Below, piece after piece: positions 13,153-25,517 of a stretch of DNA of 64,000 nt. Numbering within the stretch: the first letter of the stretch is position 1; each line of letters starts with the position of its first letter. The stretch is from Mustelus asterias (Eukaryota). A program made the position numbers and the translations under genes. The stretch spans positions 48,856,001-48,920,000 of the forward strand of contig NC_135809.1 in NCBI RefSeq assembly GCF_964213995.1, written 5' to 3'. The notes beneath the pieces are model-generated. The model saw only the letters and a program-made list of their open reading frames with translations, ran no database searches and was not told the DNA's origin.

Positions 13153-14338
13153 TATTTGCTACCAAATAAACCTGTCGGACTTTAACCTGGTGTGGTTAAA
13201 ACTCTTACTGTGTTCACCCCAGTCCAATGCCGGCATCTCCACATCATCCTGTCGCTGACAGCTTGGAGGACTCCCCGGAGGAAGCGGATGAAGAGACCTC
13301 CGAGACCGGTGCCAGTTTTACGTCAGCTTCTACCTCACAACTCACCATCACAGAGACTCTCACATCGGTGGGTCAAGTTAGTGGTGAGGCATCTGGGTCA
13401 CTCTCTGGTGAGCACGACACATGTGCTGATGTACATTGGGTGGAAACGGGAACGTCCGAAGCCTCTGGCATGCGGAGGCCTGCCAGATGCGAGGACTCAG
13501 CTGGCCCCAGGCTACATGCTGGGCCTCTGAGATCACTTCTCCCTCAGCTGCTGGAGATGCAGCAGCAGAGCCAAGGAATGTAGGAGGGGCAGACAGCAAC
13601 ACTGGCTGTTGGGAGGAGTGCCAAAGTTTTCAGGTAGACCAGCTATTGCCTGGATGGTTCCCAGGCCAACACTGCAAGGGTGGCGTCTGTGGTGAAAAGC
13701 CTGGGGCAGGAGATCCTCACCATGAGAGCAGGCTCCAAGCAATGGCCGAGTCACAGAGGGCCACAGCCCAGTCACAGTGGACCACAGCTGAGGGCATCAA
13801 CAGGCTTCTCAAGATTCTGCGGCCCATGGCTGAGAGGCACATGGACTTCAGGGGTTAGATATTTCTCCACCGGTGCATGAAAGGTTTGGTTACTGAACTG
13901 ATAAAAGGCATTGAGAAAATAAAAGGCTAATCTGAAGGCTGATAATGAGAGAGCACAGACTTGAGGTAATCACAGAAATAATTCAATGGAAAGTTAAGAA
14001 AATCAGGTACTTGGAATGTGGAATTCTCTGTCACAAACTGCTATTCCAACACAGTACGTGAGTACTTTCAAAAAGTTTGAAATAATGGGTGGGATTTTTC
14101 TCCCTCTCCGTGGTGTGTTTTGCGGAGGTGGGAGATTGGCAGCAAGATTTTAGCGAGTGTAGTACTCAGAATGCTGGTACAGTAAGTAGTAGTGGGCTTA
14201 GAGAAGGCATATGCCAATAAAAACATTGGCACAAAACCGATGGGGCAAAATGACCAATCTCACAATACCTTTGATAACAATTCAGTAAACACACACACCA
14301 TTTCTTTCACACAATTTCTTTAATTGCTTCAGACTTAC

Positions 14339-14473
14339 TATCGCATGTTATTTGCAATTTTTGCGCTGGCACTTTCAGCTCCTTTCCAAATTGCTGTTTT
14401 AGCTTTCCCGCTGTAAGGCAGATGGGGAGTGCCACGGTCATGACATCACCAGATGGAAGCAGGGCGACTTTAA
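14339..14473 (-). CDS. IQUB: IQUB ubiquitin-like domain exon A (VKVALLPSGDVMTVALP...LQITCD)
   Basis: aatttag|TTAAAG...GATA|gtaagt. 135 nt. Recognisable similarity to the IQUB UBL domain. Confidence 0.9.
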
Positions 14474-14964
14474 CTAAATTTAAAAAAATACACAAAAATT
14501 AGTTTGAGCACCTAAAAAAAATCTGGTAGTGTTTTATTGAATTGCAACTCAAATTACCTATTTATGGTCATTTTGTGTTTATAAACAGTTAATGGTTAAT
14601 ACCAACGCTCCCTCCAAAGATTTGCATATTTAAGAAAAATGTTTTGGTATCAATATTAACTGGAAGGGCACTTCTGTAGAATTCAAAATTCTTCTCTGTA
14701 AATTTTGATCATTGCTTATCAGCTTTCTGATGTGCAGAAGTACAAACAACTTATGAATATTCAGTAGTTCAATGCAAATTCTAAATTTTGACAAATTTTT
14801 CAAACCATTACATACCATTCTGTAGCCAAACATAATACTGGTTAAAATTGTGAAATACAATTATAACTCTTACTGTCAAATCAGTTGATTTTATAAAACA
14901 CATAAATTGAACCACACAACATTTTTCTGGTAATTCGTCAGATCAACCATTTGGCAGTCATTAC

Positions 14965-15099
14965 CTGTGGCTGTACTACTTGCAATGTCTGGTGTTGGGG
15001 TCTTTGGTAGTGGAGGATATGACTGCAGTACTGATCTCTTTTTTAAGTCTCTGTCAGAAGCACTTGGCAGAGTTGGATAAACTAAGCAGTCAGCAGTTC
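14965..15099 (-). CDS. IQUB: IQUB exon preceding the ubiquitin-like domain (GTADCLVYP...DIASSTAT)
   Basis: ctcttgctgtttag|GAAC...ACAG|gtaatg. 135 nt. Ends in SSTAT, matching the SLAT|VKV junction recalled for vertebrate IQUB. Confidence 0.82.
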
Positions 15100-15980
15100 C
15101 TAAACAGCAAGAGGGAGAAAATTTTAGAAGAATGTAATATTTAAAAGATAAGAAGAAACACACAGTTGGTGCAATACAGAGAGATGGGCTCCTTTGATTC
15201 ACATCCTATCTGTTTAGAATCACAGAATCCTACAGTGCAGAAGGAAGCCATTCGGCCCATCAAGTCTGCACCAAGCACAATCACACCCAGACCTATCCCC
15301 ATCACCCCATGCATTTACCCTAGCTAGTACCCTTACACTAAGGGGAAATTTAGCATGGCCAATCTACCTAACCTACACACCTTTGGACTGTGGGAGGAAA
15401 CTGGGGCACCCGGAGGAATCCCACGCAGACACGGGGAGAATGTGCAAACTCCACACAGACAGTGACCCAAGTCAGGAATCGAACCCGGGACTCCGCGCAG
15501 TGAGACAGCAGTGCCACCATGCCACTGTGCCACATGCCACTCGAAGTTTGTATGTCCAAAGATTGTTAGGTATGTGTTGTTTACAACAATCAATTCATAC
15601 ATGTGTCCTTTCAAATTTTAATTGACTGAAATGAATACAAAACCAAGTTCCATTGTATTTGTGTCTTTCTCCTCTCCTGTTTTAGTGAAAGATGTTTTAT
15701 TAGCTATAGTTGACCCCTTGCTGGGTTCTATGTGCACTAGTCACCAACTTCAAATATTGGTACATGAGTCTTGATTAAAAGTTTCAAATGTGCTATTTAA
15801 CTATGGGAGAGAACATGGCTGTGCCTTATACTGGCCTCACCAGATTTTCACATTGTGATCATTGGAAGCCCCAACAGATGCAGGAATCCTGGCTGAATTT
15901 CCCTATTTTTAACCCAGGATTCTATGGACAATTGTAGTGCTTCCGCCATTGGCCTGACTGAAGGTAACTAATGGTAGTCA

Positions 15981-16224
15981 TGATGTGGAGATGCCGGCGT
16001 TGGACTGGGGTAAACACAGTAAGAAGTTTAACAACACCAGGTTAAAGTCCAACAGGTTTATTTGGTAGCAAAAGCCACACAAGCTTTCGGAGCTCTTAGC
16101 CCCTTCTTCAGAGCCAGGGGCAATCTCACCTGAAGAAGGGGCTAAGAGCTCCGAAAGCTTGTGTGGCTTTTGCTACCAAATAAACCTGTTGGACTTTAAC
16201 CTGGTGTTGTTAAACTTCTTACTG
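15981..16224. mobile_element. Penelope-like inverted repeat, second copy, hammerhead motif at 16127-16163
   Basis: Same arm sequence as 12925. CAC-CTGAAGA-A-GGGGCT(AAG)AGCTCC-GAA-AGCT-T-GTG. Confidence 0.78.
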
Positions 16225-17120
16225 AAGGTGACTAAATCAGGAAGGATCAGGGGATCAAACCTGGTACCTCTGGTTTGCAAAAATCAGCTGCTCATTAGAC
16301 CAGTAAAGGCAACACATTTATTTTGCATTCTTAATGATAAAAAAAATTAAACTTTCACTTGGTTAAGAGCAACTACTAAAAAATGTTGAAATTTAATAGC
16401 TATTTCATAATTTGCTTTGAGGCGGACACACAAATTGCTATCAGATGCCAAACTGGCCAGTTCTGATGCATTATTCAACCTTTCCTCCCACTTGTACTGT
16501 ACATAAAGCCTGGCTGCAAATTTTCCAATAAAAATAGAACAAGCTTTGAAAAATCAGGCGTTTTGACAAAACATCTCACTCATCGTTTTTTACCAATGGC
16601 GAGCGAAGTATACATTGGTAAATGTACTGTAATGGGCCAAAGTAACATCATCTACATAAATTTCACTCAATAATGCTTTCATAGACTGTGATTCAAAAGG
16701 GACAGATTAAAAATTCCCTCCCAGAACTACAGCTGTTGTGATTTCTTAACTAATGTGTCAATTTGCAATCTAACAAAAGCATGCACTTCAGGAGCAGGTT
16801 GAATAAAGCAGGACTGACATTCATTTTTGAAAAACTAGTCTGCATGTGCCAAGCTGCTGTGAAGCAGGAGGAAACTGGTTTACATCCACAAGCTAACAAG
16901 TGAACAAAAAACAATTTGTTTGATAATTCTATTCTTTGACATTGCCAGAATGCAGAATAGACTTTGGAATAGGTTACATGCTAACTAATTCATTAGAAAA
17001 TGATGTGTGTATTAGCTAGTTCTAAAAAGAACTTGAAACATGGCGATAAAAATGACTAATGAGCAAAATACTGTTGAGTTGATGTGCAGTAAATTAAAAT
17101 ACTTGAGTCATTTACTTCAC

Positions 17121-17255
17121 CTGTTCCTTTGGAAACTACTTTCTCAGGCTTTTCAGGTTCACTTTTACCGTGCAGTGCCTCTATGGCAGCTATATGTGTT
17201 TCTAGTTTCTCTCTCAATTCTTCACAAGTCAATGAAGGTTCAGTTACCAGGTCTT
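17121..17255 (-). CDS. IQUB: IQUB N-terminal exon (predicted; EDLVTEPSLTCEELREKLE...VSKGT)
   Basis: ttttgccctgcag|AAGAC...ACAG|gtgaag. 135 nt, phase 1-1. Confidence 0.68.
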
Positions 17256-18222
17256 CTGCAGGGCAAAATAGTAGATGATAATATAATGTAACATAGTTTT
17301 AATGAAATTTAACAAAAGGAAGGCAAAGCTAATAGTTGACAATGTAACTAATTTGAGGAACATGGACAAATACAGGAAACCAAAGCAATCCAGCATGTTT
17401 ATCCAAAGAGATGGGTTAACAGATAATATAAAAAAGACCAAAGTCCACCACGGTGTATCAAATCTTACCCAACCAAACAGAGGTATCCTCTAATGCTTTA
17501 TAGTCCGACCATCTCTATTACTCACAAATGACCTAACTGCACTCGTCCAATGTCTTCAGCATTTTAAAACCAACAATCATATCTGCTCTACAACTGGGTT
17601 TCTCTAAAGCAAATACACCTAAACTTTGAAGTCAATAATTATAAATAAGAGCCATAAACTAAGTGTCATTCTAGTCATTCCCCTCTGCATCTTTACCAAA
17701 ACCTATTACCATTCTAGGAGTTGGATCTTTGTGCACCAAATCAGGGTGGGTGACCCAAAAACATGGTGCCGATGTCCTGCCTTCATTCTCACAATCACAG
17801 AATTATTGCAGCACAAAAGGATGCAATTTGGCCCATCGAGTCTGCACCTGCTCTTAAAATGAGTGATTCATCTAGTGCCATTCCCCTGTCTTCTCCATGT
17901 AAATTCTGTCTTTTCAGTTAACAATCTAATTCCCTTTTGAATTCTTCAATTGAATCCACCTCCACCAGAGTTTTAGGCGGACATTCCAGACTATAACTTC
18001 AATTGTATGATCTGATAGATACAGGGTTAATGTGGGACGAGTACAGTACCGTCCACACAGTGATGTAAGGAGGCACATGACCCAGAGCCAGGCTAAAGAT
18101 GTATAACAGCTTAGGATAGACTCATCTCCATACCTGTACCTTCCACTGTATATATTTATATAGTTATCAATTGTTCATAATAAAGACCTGCTGTTAATAT
18201 ACTCAACACCACTTCAGGGTGT

Positions 18223-19359
18223 TTTTTTTATTCATTCATGGGACATGGGCATCGCTGGCTGCCCAGCATATATTGCTCATCCCTAGTTGCCCTTGAGAAG
18301 GTGGTGGTAAGCCACCTTCTTGAATCACTGCAGTCCACTGCTGTGGGTTGATCCAAAATGCCGGGGAGGGAATTCCAGGAATGGCGATATATTTCGAAGT
18401 CAGGATAGTGAGTGGCTTGGAGGGAAACTTACAGGTGGTGATGTTCCCATGCGTCTGCTGCCCTTGTCCTTCTAGAAGGAAGTGGTCATGGATTTGGAAG
18501 ATGCTGTCTAAGGATCTTTGGTGAATTGCTGCAGTGCATCTTGTAGATAGTATACACTGCTGCTACTGAGTGTCGGTAGTGGAGGGAGTGGATGTTTCTA
18601 GATGTGGTGCCAATCATGCAGGCTGCTTTTTCCTAGATGGTGTCAAGCCTCTTGAGTGCTTTGGAGCTGCACCCATCCAGGCAAATGAGGAATATTCCAT
18701 CACACTCCTGACTTGTGCCTTGTAAATGGTGGATAGGCTTTGGGGAGTCTGGAGGTGAGTTACTCGCTGCAGTATTCCTAGCCTCTGACCTGCTCTTGTA
18801 GCCATGGTGCTTATGTGGTGAGTCCAGTTTAGTTTCTGGTCAATGGTAACCCCAAAGATGTTGACAGTAGGGATTCAGTGATGGTAACATCTTGAATGTC
18901 AAGGGCGGTGGTTAGAGTGTCTCTTATTGGTGATGGTCATTGCCTGGCATTTATGTGACGCGAATATTACTTGCCACTTGTCAGCCCAAGTCTGGATATT
19001 GTCCAGGTCTTGTTGCATTTGAACATGGACTGACGGTTTCAGTATCTGAGGAGTTGCGAATGGTGCTGAACATTGTGCAATCATCGGCAACCATTTCCAC
19101 TTCTGACCTTATGACGGAGGGAAGGTCATTGATGAAGCAGCTGAAGATGGTTGGGACTAGGACACTACCCTGAGGGATTCCTGCAGAGATGTCCTGGAGC
19201 TGAGATGACTGACCCTCCACAACCCCAACCATCTTCCTATATACCAGGTATGACTCCAACCAGCAGAGAGTTTGCCCCCTGATACCCATTGATTCCAGTT
19301 TTGCTAGGGCTCCTTGGTCGAATGTGGCCTTGATGTCAAGGGCTGTCACTCTCACCTCT
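18223..19359 (-). mobile_element. L2/CR1-group LINE 3' fragment with 11-bp target-site duplication
   Basis: RT motifs ALDIKATFD, GIPQGSVL, YKAQVRSVMEY; GAATGAATAAAA tail. Flanked by CTTCAGGGTGT/CTTCAGGGCGT. Other copies at ~35880-36395 and ~48150-48850. Confidence 0.85.
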
Positions 19360-19429
19360 CTTCAGGGCGTCCGAAGCAGGATTCTTCAGGGTGGCAGTAT
19401 CCGGATCAAAAACCCTTATCGTCACAAGG

Positions 19430-20197
19430 ATTTGATTTGATTTACTATTGTCACATGTATTAGCATACAGTGAAAAGTATTATTTCTTGTGCACTAAACA
19501 GACAGAGCATAACGTTCATAGAGAAGGAAACGAGAGAGTGCAGAATGTAGTGTTACAGTCATAACTAAGGTGTAGAGAAAGATTAACTTAATGCAAGGTA
19601 GGTCCATTCAAAAGCCTGATGGCAACAGGGAAGAAGCTGTTCTTGAGTGGTTGGTACATGACCTGAGACTTTTGTATCTTTTTCCCGACGGAAGAAGATG
19701 GAAGAGAGAATGTCCGGGGTGCGTGGGGTCCTTAATTATGCTGGCTGCTTTGCCGAGGCAACGGGAAGTGTAGACAGAGTCAGTGGATGGGAGGCTGGTT
19801 TGCATGATGGATTGGGCTACATTCATGACCTTTTGTAGTTTCTTGCGGTCTTGGGCAGAGCAGGAGCAATACCAAGCTGAGATACAGCCAGAAGGAATGC
19901 TTTCTATGGTGCATTTGTAAAAGTTGATGAGAGTCGTAGCTGACATGCCAAATTTCCTTAGTGTTCTGAGAAGGTAGAGGCGTTGGTGGGCTTTCTTAAC
20001 TATAGTGTCAGCATGGGGGGACCAGGACAGGGTATTGATGATCTGGACACCTAAAAACCTAAAGCTCTCGACCCTTTCCACTTCATCCCTGTTGATGTAG
20101 ACAGGGGCATGTTCTCCTCTACGCTTCCTGAAGTGACAGGGGGATGTTCTCCTCTACGCTTCCTGAAGTCGATGACAATCTCCTTCGTTTTGTTGAC
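19430..20197 (-). mobile_element. Rex1/Babar-type LINE 3' fragment
   Basis: KTKEIVIDFRK...ERVESFRFLGVQI...VKKAHQRLY...SGKRY; (AAATC)n tail. Confidence 0.85.
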
Positions 20198-22234
20198 AAA
20201 AGCAGAAAACCTAAGAAAAAGGAGACCTTCAATGGATTCTGAATTGAAACAAACTCCCAACTGAAGTTACAGATGAGCTGAAAATTCACTAGAAAGAAAA
20301 AGTGCCAGAGAGAGAAAAGTCTGGAAGCAAAAAGTAAAAGTTTTACTCTTGCATAAAGACTTCATTGAATTTTCCTTGGAAGTCCAGCTTCAGCACAAGC
20401 CCGCAACGGTGAGATTTATTTTTAAATTGCAGGCCAACCAGTTCTGAGAAACCCTTTTTTACTCAGTCAGAAGTGTCATTTGAAAGACATCTGACTCTAA
20501 ATCAGATCCCAGACTCCAAAGGGGTAACTTTCCCACCCGTCCACCACGGGAATTGTAGCGGGCTGGGACTGGACCATGCAAAGGCCTGTTGACCACGGGA
20601 TGGATTTTCTGGTTTTGGGGAGCGTGGCCAGAAAATCCTGCCAAAAGTCTCACTATCTGGCTCCTGAGTTTGGCAAATAATATAATAATAATTTGGTCTA
20701 CTTTGGATATTTTGCAATCATCCAACTTCCTAAACAGCAAACCTGCGGTTCTTCTCTACACATCCAAATTCACAACATTATACTGCTAATTAAATTGAGT
20801 TGCCAGCCAGCTGACCCATGCAACCATTGCAGACCCTCCTTCAGGCAGGAGCATACCACCATTTTGAAAAGCCCACCAAAAACTGTCAAGCATGGGAAGA
20901 TCCATTTTCAGCAACGAATGGCAACACCATCTTGGAAGCTTTTAATCTCAAAGTTTTACCCACACTTTGGGGTAAAAGTTCCAGTCCGGCCTGCCATGGG
21001 AATTTTTGAAGGCTGGATGGAAAGTTTGATGGGCCAAAGTCCTTGACCTTGGGTGGGAATTTCCGGAAAATCCCGCCCTTTTAAAAATCTTCAAAATGGA
21101 TCACAATTCCACATTTCCAGCTCCACTGGGATTCACCCATGATCCAGACCAGCTAACTGCAAGCTTAAGATGATCTGACCTGGCCTAGACAAAGCACCCC
21201 AACTGGGTAGGCTCTACACGAACAACACAGGACGATCCTAAGGGGAAAAAACACTAATTGGGGCAGAAACCCTAAAATAACCTCAGTCTCATAAACCACA
21301 GAAACACAGGGACCATCCAAATCAAGAAAAGCAACATCTGAACTGCCCAGCAGAGCAACCTTGCCAGCGCTGTAATGCAAAGTACCCTCACAAGGAAGAA
21401 GATCCTGCAAGCACTGCCTAATGTTTCTGCTGCAACCAAGCGGGACATTTTGGAAGACCGTGCAAGTCAAAACCCCAGCACTGCACAAACATCGCAAGGG
21501 TAATCCTTGAGGTCGAGACCCAAGTTCTGAAGACATACAGCCATGTTTATTGGATGTCTTCAGAGAATGCGGTTCTTCATTTTGGAATGTTGACATCCTG
21601 GTAAATGGTTAGCTAACAAGTTTTTAATTAAATCAGGTGCCAGTGACACAGTCCTATCAGTTGAGGAACCATGGCTCTCAAAGCCCTTGAATTCAAACAA
21701 TGGACACTCCATTTTATGGAGCAGTGTCGACATGATCCTTGAACCATTGAATTATAACAACAAAGATCTTTGAGCTGAGATACGTTGTCCAGAATCAAAT
21801 TTTCTCTCTTCTGAGCAAAGATACATGCGCAGTCCTAGATCTCCTCCAGAAGCAGAAAGATGTCATGATTACCCCTGTTGTTAGATAGCCAGAACAGCAC
21901 GGTTCCAAGTCCTCAGACTCTGATTTCACTCTTCTCTTTTTGTGGAAAAAAATCATCCATCTTCATTCAGGTCCTGGAAAATCCCCCATGGTCAGACCAA
22001 CCTACCACAAACGAGATTACCATAGCGCCACTGGTGGAAATGATACCAGAGAAGGATCAACAGTGTGAAGAGCCAACCACTGTGCACACATAACAACCTC
22101 CAGCCAGCGTGCTGGAACCCCACACCAGTCTCACACCATCAACAACGAAAAACAGAGGTGAACATGCTATTCAATCTTCCTGCTACAGGAACACCTTTCC
22201 TCAGCATTGGAGAGCTTTCTGATGGCCTAAATGC

Positions 22235-23567
22235 AAAAAGGTCTTTTTCTGATTGGCATTCAGCGACTAGTGGGGTTCCACAGGGAATCTGTGCTAGGAC
22301 CCCAACTGTTCACATTATATTAATGATTTGGAAGAGGGAACTGAATGTATTATCTCCAAATTTGCAGATGATACAAAGTTGGGTGGGAGGGTGAGCTATG
22401 AAGAGGATGCAGAGATGCTTCAGCGTGATCTGGACAGGCTGAGTGTGTGGGCATCTGCATGGCAGATGCAGTATAATGTGGATAAATGTGAGGTTATCCA
22501 CTTTGGTAGCAATAATAGGAAGCCAGATTATTACTTGAATTATTACTTGAATGAGTGAAAATTGGATATTCGTGCCTCAGTCGCTGAATGTAAGTGCGCA
22601 GGTACAGCAGGCAGTAAAGACAGCAAATTGTATGTTGGCCTTCATAGCGAGAGGATTTGAGTATAGGGATAGGGATGTTTTGCTGCAACTGTATAGGGCA
22701 TTGGTGAGGCACACTTGGAGTATTGCATGCAGTTTTGGTGTCCTTATCTGACGAAGGATGTCCTTGCTATAGAGGGAATACAGTGAAGGTTTACCAGGCT
22801 GATTACTGATTTACTGGGCTGCATGGTGGCACAGTGGTTAGCACTACTGCCCCACAGCTCTAGAGACCCGGGTTCCATTCCTGGCTTGGGTCACTGTCTG
22901 TGAGTAGTTTGAACGTTCTCCCCGCGTCTGCGTGGGTTTCCTCCGGGAGCTCCAGTTTCCTCCCACAGTCTGAAAGACGGGCTGGTTAGATGGATTGCCC
23001 CAAACAGGTGCCGGAGTGTGGCGACTAGGGGAATTTCACAATAACTTCATTGCAGTGTTAATGTAAGCCTTACTTGTGACTAATAAGTAAACTCTTTTCT
23101 TAACTTTGGGATGGCAGGTCTGACATATGAGGAGAGACTAAGTCAGTTAGGATTATATTCACTGGAGTTTAGAAGAGTAAGAGGGTATCTCATAGAAACT
23201 TATATAATTCTAACAGGGTTAGACAGGATAGATTCAGAAAGAATATTCCCAATGGTGGGGGTCTAGAACTAGGGGTCATAGTTTGAGGATAAGGGGTAAA
23301 CCTTCTAGAACGGAGGTAAGGAGAAATTTCTTCACCCAGGGGGTGGTGAATGTGTGGAATTCACTACCACAGAATGTAGTTGAAGCCAAAGCGTTGTCTG
23401 ATTTCAAGAAGAAATTAGATATAGCTCCTGGGCTAAAGGGATCAAGGGATATGGAAGGAAGGAAGGAGGGATCAGGATATTGAATTCGATGATCAGCCAT
23501 GATTAAATGAATGGCGGAGCTGGCTCGAAGGGCCGAATGTCCTACTCCTGCTTCTAGTTTCTATGTT
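22235..23567 (+). mobile_element. CR1 LINE 3' fragment interrupted by a SINE
   Basis: TSGVPQG, ISKFADDTKLGG, RRNFFTQGVVNVWNSLP, CR1 tail. SINE inserted at ~22816-23100. Confidence 0.88.
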
Positions 23568-24875
23568 ACCACCAAATAGGTAATTTTCGTTCACAGTACA
23601 AGGAATAATCAAGAGTAACAACAACCATACATCGCCAAAGCAGCTAGACCAACCAGACTTGGCTTAACATCAAGCAATGGAAGAAACTGATATGAAACCA
23701 AACCTAAATGCCAGTCCAACCTCCAAGCCAACAACAACAGCCAGAGCCACCAGAGCCTACCACTTTCCTGACAGAACGGTGAACAAGATGTGGAAGGGTT
23801 GTAAGGCTTCTAGACCACCTGAGCTGCTCTTAATTTAAGGACTTGAAAGGGGAGTTAGAGGAGTGAGAATGTTGCTAATGTTAATATTGTAATAACAAAT
23901 AATGCTGGAATAGCATTATGGTAAATGCCCAAGACTTATAACAATATAATACAGACTTGACATAAACTGAAGTAACTCTATATTCATGGGGTAAAGATTC
24001 TGGGGGAGGTGTTGCGGGTACTGAGACCCTGGGACTGAGTACACAATCATCCACATGTAAGATGGCACGTGACACAGAGCCTATAGAAGTCTAGAGAATC
24101 TAAAATGAGAGTCACAATTCATCTGACCTGCCTTCGTTCTTGTCTCCACTGGTTCTAATTGAACAGGAAATCCATTTGCATATCAGTTAAGTGCTTGCTG
24201 TGGCCAAGTGGCCAATAGCCTGAGAAACACTCAGTATGTCATTAATAGTTAAATCGGCTTCACGCCCTTTCCAGGCACGAAGTCGATTCCGCCAGCAAAA
24301 TGGGACCAGTACAATTGCAAGCAGCGAAAGTCATGTGAAGCTGATTTTTGGCCTCCCTCAATCTTACTGGTTTATCGCACCAATCAACCTCAGTCACTTT
24401 TTGGGAAAATTCCACTCGATAGTTAAAGGATGAATTTTTAAATAAAATATAATAGAAATTCAGTTACAGACTAGGTTTTTTGCGAAAGTACACGGTTAAG
24501 AATATTGAGCAGATGATAGTGTTTGAAAGGTTTATTTAACAGGCTTCAGCTTCCTTTTATAACAAGTTATAAATAATTTAATTTGGCAAATCTCAACTTC
24601 CTAGCCACTAGAGGTCATCTTCTCCAAGCAACGGAATAGTGTGCATTTTCATCACTGCAGGAAGTGATGTAGTGCTTGTAAGTTGAATCCTAAAGTAAAC
24701 TTGTTTGTTGAGCTCTCCTGTAAATTACATATATCATGTCTTCAAATAAAAGAGTGTACATTTTTGTTCACCAGGCTGTGTACGATTGGTGAGTTTGTGT
24801 GCAGAAAACATTTATCGCAACAGTACCTAATGAACTCAAGAAAATAGCTTGCCTTTAATTAGTATTGTACTTTAC

Positions 24876-24962
24876 CTTTTGACTTCTCACTTGATACCAC
24901 TGGTATAGAGCTTTCTGTTGCACTATACTTAGAACAGTCCAAAATTATAATGTCTTTGTCTG
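24876..24962 (-). CDS. IQUB: IQUB N-terminal exon (predicted; ADKDIIILDCSKYSATESSIPVVSSEKSK)
   Basis: ttttcctattgcactctgacag|CAG...AAAG|gtaaag. 87 nt, phase 1-1. Peptide resembles the 28.3-kb exon. Confidence 0.62.
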
Positions 24963-25517
24963 CTGTCAGAGTGCAATAGGAAAAAAATGTTAATTAAAAA
25001 TAAATGTTCAATAAATTGCTGTTTCAATGTGGTTGTCTTTTATGGACCTGGATATAGCAATGTGATGTCATATCACGAATAAATGGGCTAATACACTGAG
25101 ACAAATTATTTTTTCTTTCCCCCTACATTTATATATCCACTGATCTTTTAATTTCATTGGGCTAGCCATAATAGCCGATTTGAGACCAGAGGGAAAGTTA
25201 ACAAGTGATCTGCATTGTGCCATTCCTGTACAACATTTCTGGAAAATACAGATAGACATCTGACAAAGAATTGGTGCATGGCCAAAGTGGAATTTCTAAA
25301 GCATAAGGCAAAACATAAATCAGAAAACCATCAAAAAAATCCATAAAAGAAACCGATGGACATTTCTAAGAACTCAACAATTATTAACATTTATTTAGCA
25401 CCTTTAACAGAACTCAACTTCCTAACGTGCTATATAAACTGCAGGAACAGTATGAGCAAAAAGTATTTCAAAAACGATTTGACCAAAATACAACATACAA
25501 AATACAACTGTAGATAA

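Larger units (their letters stand above)
12925..13245. mobile_element. Penelope-like inverted (palindromic) pseudo-LTR element with two minimal hammerhead motifs
   Basis: ~130-bp arms are reverse complements (GATGTGGAGATACCGGC...GCCGGCATCTCCACATC). Each arm has CTGAnGA-helix-GAAA. Confidence 0.8.
11885..13860 (+). mobile_element. PIF/Harbinger transposon remnant carrying a Myb/SANT-like gene
   Basis: 12501-12725 encodes PQFPDADLARLMEAVEARKETLFP...ATWEVVAACVSA...RRTGKQCCNKLNVL, ending at AGG|gtgagt. Acidic S/T-rich then helical segment at 13247-13860 with a stop and frameshift. GGGCAGATTTTT TIR-like left end. Confidence 0.72.
18004..24090 (+). mobile_element. Degenerate Gypsy LTR retrotransposon hosting nested insertions
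   Basis: 5' LTR-like 18004-18222 plus 19360-19388. Gag zinc knuckle CFCCNQAGHFGRPC at 21422-21463. Decayed protease (WNVDILVNG...GASDTVLS) at ~21580-21660. Pol C-terminal TRCGRVV at ~23772. Purine tract, then 3' LTR-like sequence at ~24010 homologous to the 5' LTR. Confidence 0.65.
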
